A stretch of DNA of 64,000 bases from a virus (taxonomy: Duplodnaviria; Caudoviricetes), in the IMG/VR virus record IMGVR_UViG_3300024344_003081. The stretch is one strand, 5' to 3'. The position numbers were made by a program, and so were the translations under genes. The notes below the pieces were generated by a model. That model did not search any database, was not told the origin of the DNA, and was given only the letters and a program-made list of their open reading frames with translations. Positions 56,262 to 64,000 of the stretch are shown here, piece by piece (position 1 is the stretch's first letter; the number at the start of each line of letters is the position of its first letter).

Positions 56262-57539
56262 ATGATCGGATTCAAAAAGAATCGATGGGACAATATAACA
56301 CGTCCTTATACAGAAGAAGATGTAGACCGGTTAGGGGGGTCTCTCAAAATAGAATATACTCTAGCAAAAACAGGAGCAGATAAATTATGGAACAGACTAC
56401 ATTCTAAAAATCGAAATTATGTAAATGCATTAGGAGCATTAACAGGAAATCAAGCATTGCAACAAGCAAAAGCAGGATTAAAATCTGTTTATCTCAGTGG
56501 TTGGCAAGTAGCAGGAGATGCAAATGATAGTTTAGAAATGTATCCAGATCAATCACTATATGCAACAAGTAGTGTACCCACAGTAATTAAAAAAATCAAT
56601 AATACATTTATTCGTGCAGATCAAATTCAAACAATGGAAGGAACAGGAGATATAGATTATTTTCTTCCTATTGTTGCTGATATGGAATCGGGATTTGGTG
56701 GAGTACTTAATACACATGAATTAATGAAAGACATGATTGAAGCAGGTGCCGCAGGTGTACATTTAGAAGATCAATTATCTTCTGCTAAAAAATGTGGACA
56801 TATGGGAGGAAAAGTTTTAGTACCTACTCGGGAAATGATTTCTAAACTTATTTCAGCAAGATTTGCGGCAGACATAATGGGCGTTGATACAGTAATAATT
56901 GCAAGAACAGATTCATTAGCAGGAGCATTATTGTCTTCTGATTCTGATCCTTATGATCATAAATTTATTGAAAAAAAACAGTGGAACCACATGCTTCCAC
57001 CGAAAGAAGATAGAACTGAAGAAGGTCTTTTTAGAGTAAAAGCAGGAATGGAACAAGCAGTTTCTAGAGGACTTGCATATGCACCATATTGTGATTTAAT
57101 TTGGATGGAAACATCTTTACCAGACCTGGGAGAATGTAAAGAATTTATACAAGAGATTCGTAAAGAGTTTCCTGAAAAAATGTTTGCATATAATTGTTCT
57201 CCATCATTTAATTGGAAAGCAAAATTAAATGATACAGAAATACGTGATTTTCAAGATAATTTGGGTGAATTGGGATGTAAATATCAGTTTATAACTCTTG
57301 CTGGTTTTCATAGTTTAAATTATAGTATGTTTGATTTAGCAAGAAAATATAAAAAAACAGGAATGACTGGATTTGTAGACTTACAACAAAAAGAATTTGA
57401 AGCACAGGATAAGGGTTTTACTGCAGTAAAGCATCAACGTGAAGTTGGGGCGGGTTATTTTGATGCAGTTGGGCAAATTTGTACAAATAGCAATACTTTG
57501 AGTGCAGTTGAAGGATCAACTGAACAAGAGCAATTTTAG
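56262..57539 (+). CDS. aceA: Isocitrate lyase
   Basis: [65 protein letters not shown]. Confidence 0.95.
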   Translation: MIGFKKNRWDNITRPYTEEDVDRLGGSLKIEYTLAKTGADKLWNRLHSKNRNYVNALGALTGNQALQQAKAGLKSVYLSGWQVAGDANDSLEMYPDQSLYATSSVPTVIKKINNTFIRADQIQTMEGTGDIDYFLPIVADMESGFGGVLNTHELMKDMIEAGAAGVHLEDQLSSAKKCGHMGGKVLVPTREMISKLISARFAADIMGVDTVIIARTDSLAGALLSSDSDPYDHKFIEKKQWNHMLPPKEDRTEEGLFRVKAGMEQAVSRGLAYAPYCDLIWMETSLPDLGECKEFIQEIRKEFPEKMFAYNCSPSFNWKAKLNDTEIRDFQDNLGELGCKYQFITLAGFHSLNYSMFDLARKYKKTGMTGFVDLQQKEFEAQDKGFTAVKHQREVGAGYFDAVGQICTNSNTLSAVEGSTEQEQF

Positions 57540-57549
57540 AAGGAGTAAA

Positions 57550-58632
57550 ATGAAAAGTGGAGATGTGGCAACAGGTGTAGATGTATCAAAAGAAACAAGT
57601 GTTGGAAATGAAGATGTTGGCGCAAGTGCAGAAGCCCATGCAGAAGCAGGTGTAGAAGTAACCGATTCTAGTGTAAGTGCAGAAGCAGAAGTTGGCGCAA
57701 GTGCAGAAGCACATGCAGGTACTACAGTAGGTGGAGTTGATTTAGAAGCAGAGGCATCAGTAGAAGCAGAAGCACATGCAACGGCAGGTGCAGAAATTAC
57801 AGATACAGATGTGAGTGCAGGAGCAGAAGTTGGTGCAAGTGTAGAAGCCAGTGTGGAAGCAAGTGCAGGATCAGATACTACAATAGGTGATACAGGTATT
57901 GATGTAGGAGCAGAAACTTCAGTAGGAGCAACTGCAGAAGCACATGTAGGAGCAGAAGCAGAAGCAACTGCTGGACTTCATGGAGTAGAAGGACATGCAG
58001 GAGCAGAAGTTGGTGCAAGTGTTGGTGTAGAATCAGAATCATCTGTTCAAGTTGGTGCGGCAGAAGCAACTGGAAGTGCAGGAGTAAGTATTGGAGTGCA
58101 AGCTGGTGCAGAAGTCGGTGGAGGCGCAACTTTTGATGAGGGAACGATTAGTATGGGAGTTGATGGACATATTGCGTTACTTGCTGGTGTGGATCTTGAT
58201 TTAGAAGTAGATATTGATACTAAAGAAGCATTGAGAGAAGCAAAAGATGCGGCCCAAGAAGCACAAAAACTGGCGGATGAAGCAAAAAAAGCGGCTTTAG
58301 CACATGATAAAGAAGTTGCTGAAGCAAAAAGATTAGCAGAAGAACATGCTAAAGAAGTAGCAAAAGCCGCTCAAGAGAAAATTCTGAAAGATAAAGAATA
58401 CGCCGAAGAGAAGGCACGAAAAGCAAAAGCAGAAGCAGAAGAAAAAGCTAGACAAGCGGCGGAAAAAGCTAGACAAGCAAAAGAGGCCGCAGAAAGAGCG
58501 GCCGCAAAGAAAGCTGAAGAAGCTAAAAAAGCCGCGGAGAATACGGCTAAAAAGGCGAAAAAGACAACAAAGAAAACAACAAAAAAAATAACAAAAGCAT
58601 TTAGTACGAAAAAGAAAAAGAAGAAAAAATGA
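57550..58632 (+). CDS. Bipartite repeat protein: acidic (G/A)xE(A/V) beta-repeat domain plus Ala/Lys/Glu helical tail with basic end
   Basis: AGGAG RBS before ATG 57550; repeats ASAEAHAEAG/AGAEVGASV; KKTTKK...KKKKKK end. Confidence 0.65.
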   Translation: MKSGDVATGVDVSKETSVGNEDVGASAEAHAEAGVEVTDSSVSAEAEVGASAEAHAGTTVGGVDLEAEASVEAEAHATAGAEITDTDVSAGAEVGASVEASVEASAGSDTTIGDTGIDVGAETSVGATAEAHVGAEAEATAGLHGVEGHAGAEVGASVGVESESSVQVGAAEATGSAGVSIGVQAGAEVGGGATFDEGTISMGVDGHIALLAGVDLDLEVDIDTKEALREAKDAAQEAQKLADEAKKAALAHDKEVAEAKRLAEEHAKEVAKAAQEKILKDKEYAEEKARKAKAEAEEKARQAAEKARQAKEAAERAAAKKAEEAKKAAENTAKKAKKTTKKTTKKITKAFSTKKKKKKK

Positions 58633-58635
58633 AGA

Positions 58636-58989
58636 ATGCAAGATTTAAATATTAGATGTATTATACATAAATCTTCATTGATTGAATATTTTTATAAACA
58701 TACACTTGTTATTCAAGATGAAGAACATATAGATCCATTAATAGAATTTCAAGATGATTCTTGGTTACTTTATTCTTCAAAGGTCCCTAAACATAAAACG
58801 AGTTTGATTCCTCCAACTCTTCCTTTGAAAGCTATAAGACCTGTAGTAGATTCTTTGACTTTATATTATATTAAAAATTCATTAGTGATGCCTTGTTTTG
58901 ATTTATTAAAAACTACTATGGAAATTGATTTTGGTATAGTAGAAGAAAGTAAAGAAATTGTTATCACTAATATAAAAACTAAATACTAA
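58636..58989 (+). CDS. Hypothetical protein
   Basis: ORF. Confidence 0.5.
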   Translation: MQDLNIRCIIHKSSLIEYFYKHTLVIQDEEHIDPLIEFQDDSWLLYSSKVPKHKTSLIPPTLPLKAIRPVVDSLTLYYIKNSLVMPCFDLLKTTMEIDFGIVEESKEIVITNIKTKY

Positions 58990-58990
58990 T

Positions 58991-59896
58991 ATGAGAACAT
59001 TTAAAGGATATCTAACAGAACGCTTTCAAGAGTGGAAAAAACCCAATAAGCCCGCATGGACAGAAGGTCTGTCTACCATGTTATTTGATTTACGTAACTC
59101 GGGCATAAACGATTTACCAATTCCCCTATCTCCCTCTATTTTTTCAAGACTTTGGCCAAAACCCACCCGTTCAAGAGTATTTCATGTAACTGATTATATG
59201 GGAGTCGAAAATTTAGCAAGATTGCAAGGAAGAAAGAAATCAATTTCTGCATTTTATAATATTGCAAGATGGACTATTGAAGATGGTATCAGAACAGATG
59301 GGGGTTATGTTGTTGAATTAGATGCAGATGTTCTCGTTGCGGCACCAGATGATATTTCAAGTATGCCCGATAAGGGGGGAACAAGATGGATTACTTGGAA
59401 TACAATTTTTTCTCAAATGGGACAGAAAAAATATCTTAAAAGAATGGAAGATGATCTGAATGAATTCTTGATAGAACTTATTATGCAATATGCAGATGAT
59501 CCAAAATTTATGCCAGATGTTAAGAAATCTTGGATTGCTCTTGGTAAAGAATATAAGAATGAAAAAAGAATATTGTATGATATTATCAAAGATTATTTTG
59601 ATGGTATAGAGCAAGTTATACGAAAACATGGAAAAGAGTTACACTTTGTCTTTACTAATTATGTTGGAGATAGGCATATGAGGCCAGATCCAGATAGTGG
59701 AGACTATGAAGAATGGGATGAATTAGTAGTTAATAATATTAAGATTATAAAGATTCATGTAGGACCAGAATTTGCACCAGATTTTGAAGAAGATGATGAT
59801 ATAGATGGATTTCCATTTAAGGGTTGGGATGATACTGGTGATTTAACAAAGTATATTGCACAAAAAGTAAAAAAGGATCTTAAAAAAAGAAAATGA
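58991..59896 (+). CDS. Hypothetical protein
   Basis: MRTFKGYLTE N-terminus resembles other late/internal proteins of T4-like phages. Confidence 0.6.
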   Translation: MRTFKGYLTERFQEWKKPNKPAWTEGLSTMLFDLRNSGINDLPIPLSPSIFSRLWPKPTRSRVFHVTDYMGVENLARLQGRKKSISAFYNIARWTIEDGIRTDGGYVVELDADVLVAAPDDISSMPDKGGTRWITWNTIFSQMGQKKYLKRMEDDLNEFLIELIMQYADDPKFMPDVKKSWIALGKEYKNEKRILYDIIKDYFDGIEQVIRKHGKELHFVFTNYVGDRHMRPDPDSGDYEEWDELVVNNIKIIKIHVGPEFAPDFEEDDDIDGFPFKGWDDTGDLTKYIAQKVKKDLKKRK

Positions 59897-59903
59897 AAAT
59901 ATA

Positions 59904-60416
59904 ATGATAATAGATTTTAATAAAAGTATTAGTGAACAATGGAAAGATCAAACTACAACAACATCACATACAGCCGCTACGGCTGATGAAAAAGTTTTAG
60001 CAACATCAACTTTTAATACAGAAATACCATCAACAGTAATTGACATTTATAATTTTCCTAGAAAATCAAAGTCTATTGTTGCAACAAGTAAAAACAAAGA
60101 AAAGTTAATTGAATTATTTGATCTCATTGAATCAAAAAATGAAACGACATTGAAATTTAATGAGTCAGAAGATTTATTTGTTTCTGAAGAATTTAAACAT
60201 TTTAAAGAAGTTCAATTTGATATTTTTCCTCTAACAATGGATGTGAATAAGCTATTTACAGATTTTAAACAACTGTTACAGTTAAAAAATATGACTATTA
60301 TTTGTAAATTTAGTCCAGAAATAGCTTGCCATGAAGTGCTAGATATGTTAAAATATGTGTTAGTATTAAAAAATAAGAATTATCCTGGAATTGTAATAAT
60401 TAAAGATGAGATATGA
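59904..60416 (+). CDS. Hypothetical protein
   Basis: ORF coupled to guaC. Confidence 0.5.
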   Translation: MIIDFNKSISEQWKDQTTTTSHTAATADEKVLATSTFNTEIPSTVIDIYNFPRKSKSIVATSKNKEKLIELFDLIESKNETTLKFNESEDLFVSEEFKHFKEVQFDIFPLTMDVNKLFTDFKQLLQLKNMTIICKFSPEIACHEVLDMLKYVLVLKNKNYPGIVIIKDEI

Positions 60417-61396
60417 GAATACAAGATGATATAAAACTTGATTTTGATGATGTTTTAATCAAGCCTAAAAGATCCACCCTAGTTTCACGTAAAAAAGCAA
60501 ATCTAGAAAGAACATTTAAGTTCAAACATTCACACCATCGATGGACAGGAATTCCTATAATTGCATCCAATATGGATCATACGGGAACTATTGCTATGGC
60601 TCATGTTCTTATGGAATTTCCCATGCTTACAGCATTGTGTAAATTTGTTGAGTCTACAGAATGGGGATGGAATAAAAATATAATAAGAACAATCGGTCTA
60701 GATCAAAATTTAGATGAATTAACTGATGATTCAATGTGGATTTGTCTTGATGTAGCAAATGGATATACAGAACGTTTTAATGATTATGTTGCATTAATGA
60801 GAAGACATGCCGCAACTAAAGATAGAATAATTATAGCAGGAAATGTATGTACACCAGAAGCAACAGAACAAATACTTTTAGCAGGAGCCGATATCGTAAA
60901 AATAGGAATAGGTCCTGGATCGGTGTGTACAACTCGCAAAATGACAGGCGTTGGATATCCACAATTAAGTGCTACAATGGAATGTGGAGATGCGGCCCAT
61001 GGTCTAGGAGGACACATAATTACAGACGGAGGATGCACAGTTGTAGGAGATATTGCAAAAAGTTTTGGAGGTGGTGCAGATTTTGTAATGCTTGGTGGTA
61101 TGTTAGCAGGGCACAAAGAATGCGAAGGAGAAATAGAAGATGACAAAATGATATTTTATGGAATGTCTTCAACTGAAGCACAAATAAAACATCATGGTGG
61201 AAAAAAATCTCATAGAGCATCAGAAGGAAAAGCAGTTATGATAGATTACAGAGGTAATGTAGCAGATACAGTACAAGAAATCTTAGGAGGATTACGAAGT
61301 TCATGTACATATGCTGGTGCAAAATCAATTAAAGACTTGCCCAAATGTACTACATTTGTTAAGGTTAATCGACAGTTAAATACGGTATTTAATTGA
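60413..61396 (+). CDS. guaC: GMP reductase
   Basis: DIKLDFDDVLI.PKRSTL.SR, DVANGY, GIGPGSVCTTR, FYGMSS, RASEGK; no CBS domains. Confidence 0.93.
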   Translation: MRIQDDIKLDFDDVLIKPKRSTLVSRKKANLERTFKFKHSHHRWTGIPIIASNMDHTGTIAMAHVLMEFPMLTALCKFVESTEWGWNKNIIRTIGLDQNLDELTDDSMWICLDVANGYTERFNDYVALMRRHAATKDRIIIAGNVCTPEATEQILLAGADIVKIGIGPGSVCTTRKMTGVGYPQLSATMECGDAAHGLGGHIITDGGCTVVGDIAKSFGGGADFVMLGGMLAGHKECEGEIEDDKMIFYGMSSTEAQIKHHGGKKSHRASEGKAVMIDYRGNVADTVQEILGGLRSSCTYAGAKSIKDLPKCTTFVKVNRQLNTVFN

Positions 61397-61434
61397 ACTC
61401 TAATCATATCTTAACAATATTCTAACAATAGAAA

Positions 61435-61442
61435 TATAAATA
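61435..61442 (+). promoter_or_regulatory. T4-type late promoter TATAAATA
   Basis: Exact consensus, intergenic. Confidence 0.55.
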
Positions 61443-61510
61443 TTTTGGATGGATATGCAAAAGGAACACAGAACACTTTACGATAAATGGAAATATAAAA
61501 AAGGAGATAT

Positions 61511-62476
61511 GTGGATTTAGTAACATTGTATACTATAGTTGGATTTTCTCTAGCGAGTTATTCAGTTATAGCTAATGATTCAGTCCAGACCCTTGGTACA
61601 TGGATGGCATCAAATCAAGCACGGTTCAAGTGGTATTACATGTGGGCCGCCGCTAGTTTTGTTTTGCTATTCACAATTTGGTATGGTTGGTCTATCAACG
61701 CAGGTGATATATCGTATGGCAGATTAAACAAAATCCCATACATCCCCATAGAATGGTATCATGCCATAGCACCACTCATTCTTGTAGCCCTCACAAGATT
61801 CGGTGTTCCCGTCAGCACAACATTTTTAGTTCTATCTGCATTTGCTAGTACAGTAGTTCTAGAAAAGGTTCTTACCAAATCAGCATTAGGATATATTGTT
61901 GCCGCTTCGGCCGCTTATCTCATATGGTTGCTTGTTGCAAGGTTTTGGGAGTCAAAGAAAGATATTCCAGAGTCGCATGACAAGTATTGGAGAGTGGCAC
62001 AATGGTGTACAACAGGTTGGTTATGGTTCACTTGGTTGTCGCATGACATGGCAAACATAGCAGTATATCTACCTAGACAAGTTCCTGTTAATGTAATGAT
62101 TATCATTAGCATTATATTTGTCGCAGGTCTAGGTTATATGTTCCATGAGAAAGGTGGTAGAATACAAGAAGTTGTATTGAGTAAGACAAACACAAAATAT
62201 GTCAGGTCTGCAACATTAGTTGACTTGATTTATAGTTTGATATTGTGGTACTTCAAAGGATATAATGATATTCCAATGAGTACAACTTGGGTGTTTGTTG
62301 GTTTGCTTGCAGGTAGAGAACTTGCATTTGCAACGATAACTGGTGAGCATACATTTAAAACTGTTTTTCCATTGATAGGAAAAGATTTCTTCAAGATGAT
62401 TATAGGTCTTTCTTTGTCAGTTGTCATTGTACTATTAATTCATGGATTTGCATTCGATGGTTTGAAAACCAATTGA
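61511..62476 (+). CDS. Multi-TM transporter related to the PiT (inorganic phosphate transporter) family
   Basis: Duplicated PiT-like signatures: IANDSVQ / GVPVSTT and SHDMAN / DIPMSTT; GTG start. Confidence 0.6.
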   Translation: MDLVTLYTIVGFSLASYSVIANDSVQTLGTWMASNQARFKWYYMWAAASFVLLFTIWYGWSINAGDISYGRLNKIPYIPIEWYHAIAPLILVALTRFGVPVSTTFLVLSAFASTVVLEKVLTKSALGYIVAASAAYLIWLLVARFWESKKDIPESHDKYWRVAQWCTTGWLWFTWLSHDMANIAVYLPRQVPVNVMIIISIIFVAGLGYMFHEKGGRIQEVVLSKTNTKYVRSATLVDLIYSLILWYFKGYNDIPMSTTWVFVGLLAGRELAFATITGEHTFKTVFPLIGKDFFKMIIGLSLSVVIVLLIHGFAFDGLKTN

Positions 62477-62523
62477 TTAAAAATAATCGGAGTGCTTTGG
62501 CACTCCACTTCCCATTTTTTATT

Positions 62524-63117
62524 ATGATAATACAAAAAGATAATAATGATCCAAATGGGTATGCATTTGAGGATGCTTTAGCAAAAGCACAATACATGTA
62601 TCCAAAACCCAGAAATCCTCACATACATACAATTTTACAACATGCTCAACAGATTTATGATGGTGAATTAATTGAACGATCTATTTGTAAACAACTTCCC
62701 GATTTTAAACCCATCAATATGATAAATTGTAAGAAGTATTTTGAGGAAATGAAGCCATGGGAATTCTTATTGAAGACTAAAGAAAGAAAAATATCAAAAG
62801 AAATGATGAGAAAAAATAATGGTGCATGGGAAACATATTATGAAGAAAAAAATGTTACAGAATGGGAATACATGTACTATGATATATTTCATGTTCCAAC
62901 TCTTTCTATTATAGAGTGTAAAACATATGATTCAGACGAAGGAAGAAGGGGACATTTACAACATATACGTGAAAATGATTGGAAATATAAGAATATGGAT
63001 TATTTCTTATTTGCATTGAATAAAGACGAAAAATCTTTCGAAATTACTGATTTTTTAAGTTTAAACGGTTCAAATCAATTCAAAACTCATAATATTGATG
63101 AATTTATAGAGTTATAA
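62524..63117 (+). CDS. Hypothetical protein (C-terminal D..ExK nuclease-like motif)
   Basis: YYDIFHVPTLSIIECKTY; function speculative. Confidence 0.5.
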   Translation: MIIQKDNNDPNGYAFEDALAKAQYMYPKPRNPHIHTILQHAQQIYDGELIERSICKQLPDFKPINMINCKKYFEEMKPWEFLLKTKERKISKEMMRKNNGAWETYYEEKNVTEWEYMYYDIFHVPTLSIIECKTYDSDEGRRGHLQHIRENDWKYKNMDYFLFALNKDEKSFEITDFLSLNGSNQFKTHNIDEFIEL

Positions 63118-63120
63118 ATA
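63113..63120 (+). promoter_or_regulatory. T4-type late promoter TATAAATA
   Basis: Exact consensus upstream of 63168. Confidence 0.6.
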
Positions 63121-63167
63121 TTGATAAGAATAAATATATTACTATTAAAACCCTACAAGGAGAATTA

Positions 63168-63407
63168 ATGGATTATACCTCAAGTGATCTTTTAGATAAA
63201 ATTGCAAGTGGAGAACACATTAAAGGAAAAGATGTTTTTAATGCATTGATGAATGATAGAGTGTTATCCGAACTTGGTGCTAAAAAAGTTGAAATAGCTA
63301 GAAGTTTATTACCCTCATCTGAAATTCCTCACTCGGAGATTGTTTTTGATAAAGCAAAAGACATCTCTCAAGAAGATGCCAAAGATGAGCAAGAAACCGC
63401 ACAATAA
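63168..63407 (+). CDS. Small acidic late protein, prohead-core (gp67-like) candidate
   Basis: DLLDKIASGE..KGKDVFNALMNDRV...KKVEIA pattern; late promoter upstream. Confidence 0.45.
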   Translation: MDYTSSDLLDKIASGEHIKGKDVFNALMNDRVLSELGAKKVEIARSLLPSSEIPHSEIVFDKAKDISQEDAKDEQETAQ

Positions 63408-63666
63408 AAAACAAAAAATAGATATCGTAACTGTTGAAGAGCCTAAAGAAAATATTAGGATTTTTGGTGATATAGGATTTTTACCAGACTTTTTTTATGA
63501 AGATGGTGATGTCAAAATTCCTAGAGAAGATGTAATTTATCTCTTTGATGATGACTGTGATGAGGATGTTACTGAATTTGTAAACCAACAATGGTCGGAA
63601 TTAGAAAAAGATGAGAACTTTTCAAAAGTTTGCATTGAACGAAGGATTAATCCAGATACCCCCTAA
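63385..63666 (+). CDS. Hypothetical protein
   Basis: ORF; start uncertain. Confidence 0.45.
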   Translation: MSKKPHNKKQKIDIVTVEEPKENIRIFGDIGFLPDFFYEDGDVKIPREDVIYLFDDDCDEDVTEFVNQQWSELEKDENFSKVCIERRINPDTP

Positions 63667-63715
63667 AATTTATAAGCATTTTGAAACTGCTTTATTTACA
63701 TTTGCTTTTTCACAT

Positions 63716-64000
63716 ATGATAAATGAAGTGGGAGATTATGGGTTTTCTAAAACAATTAAAAAAATAGCGGGAAAATATGGAATAAGGCGTTTTATTAAAC
63801 CCGCCGCGGAGACAAATGTAGTATATAGAAATCCCCATCAAGATATGCCGTATCAAGATTGGGATGTAGATCAAAATGATAATATTACATTATTCATGGT
63901 TTATGATGAAAAAGATGCTAGTTATAATTCCTATTACGATAGTGAACATGAAAAAACGGGCAACCCTGCGATTACGTTTTATGCTTCTAATTATGTAAAA
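63716..64000 (+). CDS. Hypothetical protein truncated by the window end
   Basis: ATG 63716, open for 95 codons to base 64000. Confidence 0.5.
   Translation, partial: MINEVGDYGFSKTIKKIAGKYGIRRFIKPAAETNVVYRNPHQDMPYQDWDVDQNDNITLFMVYDEKDASYNSYYDSEHEKTGNPAITFYASNYVK

Noticed and set aside
57550-58560. CRISPR array or DNA-level tandem repeat
   Set aside because: Repeats are degenerate, in frame and protein-driven; no constant repeat with unique spacers anywhere in the window
1837-61143. Short + strand ORFs nested in other frames (e.g. 1837, 16284, 23252, 43803, 44133, 60847)
   Set aside because: Out-of-frame overlaps within conserved genes; no independent signals
61509-61520. ATG TGG ATT TAG mini-ORF at the RBS of the PiT-like gene as a regulatory uORF
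   Set aside because: The in-frame GTG two bases later can use the same RBS; there is no evidence for function
5026-62427. All minus-strand ORFs in the track (e.g. 14266-14817, 35524-36015, 12447-12821, 52052-52441, 60784-61146)
   Set aside because: Each lies antisense to a well-supported + strand gene, lacks an RBS or motifs and has shadow-frame composition
50856-62476. Host chromosomal contamination or prophage boundary
   Set aside because: Same strand, AT content and GCC/GCG Ala-Ala coding as the phage core, interleaved with TATAAATA late promoters and phage-type hypotheticals; no integrase or att site seen

Overview
AT-rich, gene-dense 64 kb segment of a large T4-like myovirus that resembles marine T4-like phages. 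Every credible gene is on the + strand. It contains the T4 replication/recombination core (uvsW, gp55, gp47, gp46, gp45, gp44, gp62, regA, gp43, uvsX, gp41, gp61), nucleotide metabolism genes (dUTPase, thyX, class II nrdJ, glutaredoxin, PRTase, guaC), a late/structural block (~26.8-40.4 kb) and a rich accessory region (46-62.5 kb). The accessory region holds a circularly permuted two-piece tmRNA with a small membrane-peptide ORF inside its intervening segment, iscA/iscA/iscU followed by an uncalled metallothionein-like peptide, ribosomal protein bS21, a complete ABC importer operon with two binding proteins and an aryl-sulfotransferase-like gene, isocitrate lyase, and a PiT-like transporter. 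Non-genic signals read from the DNA: a four-hairpin ROSE-like leader on hsp20, a promoter-to-U-tract structured RNA candidate at 11.76-11.88 kb, eight near-consensus sigma70 promoters, T4 late promoters, and an apparent window-wide avoidance of GCWGC (Ala-Ala pairs are coded GCC/GCG-GCN). All product calls come from motif recognition by eye; no database search was run.
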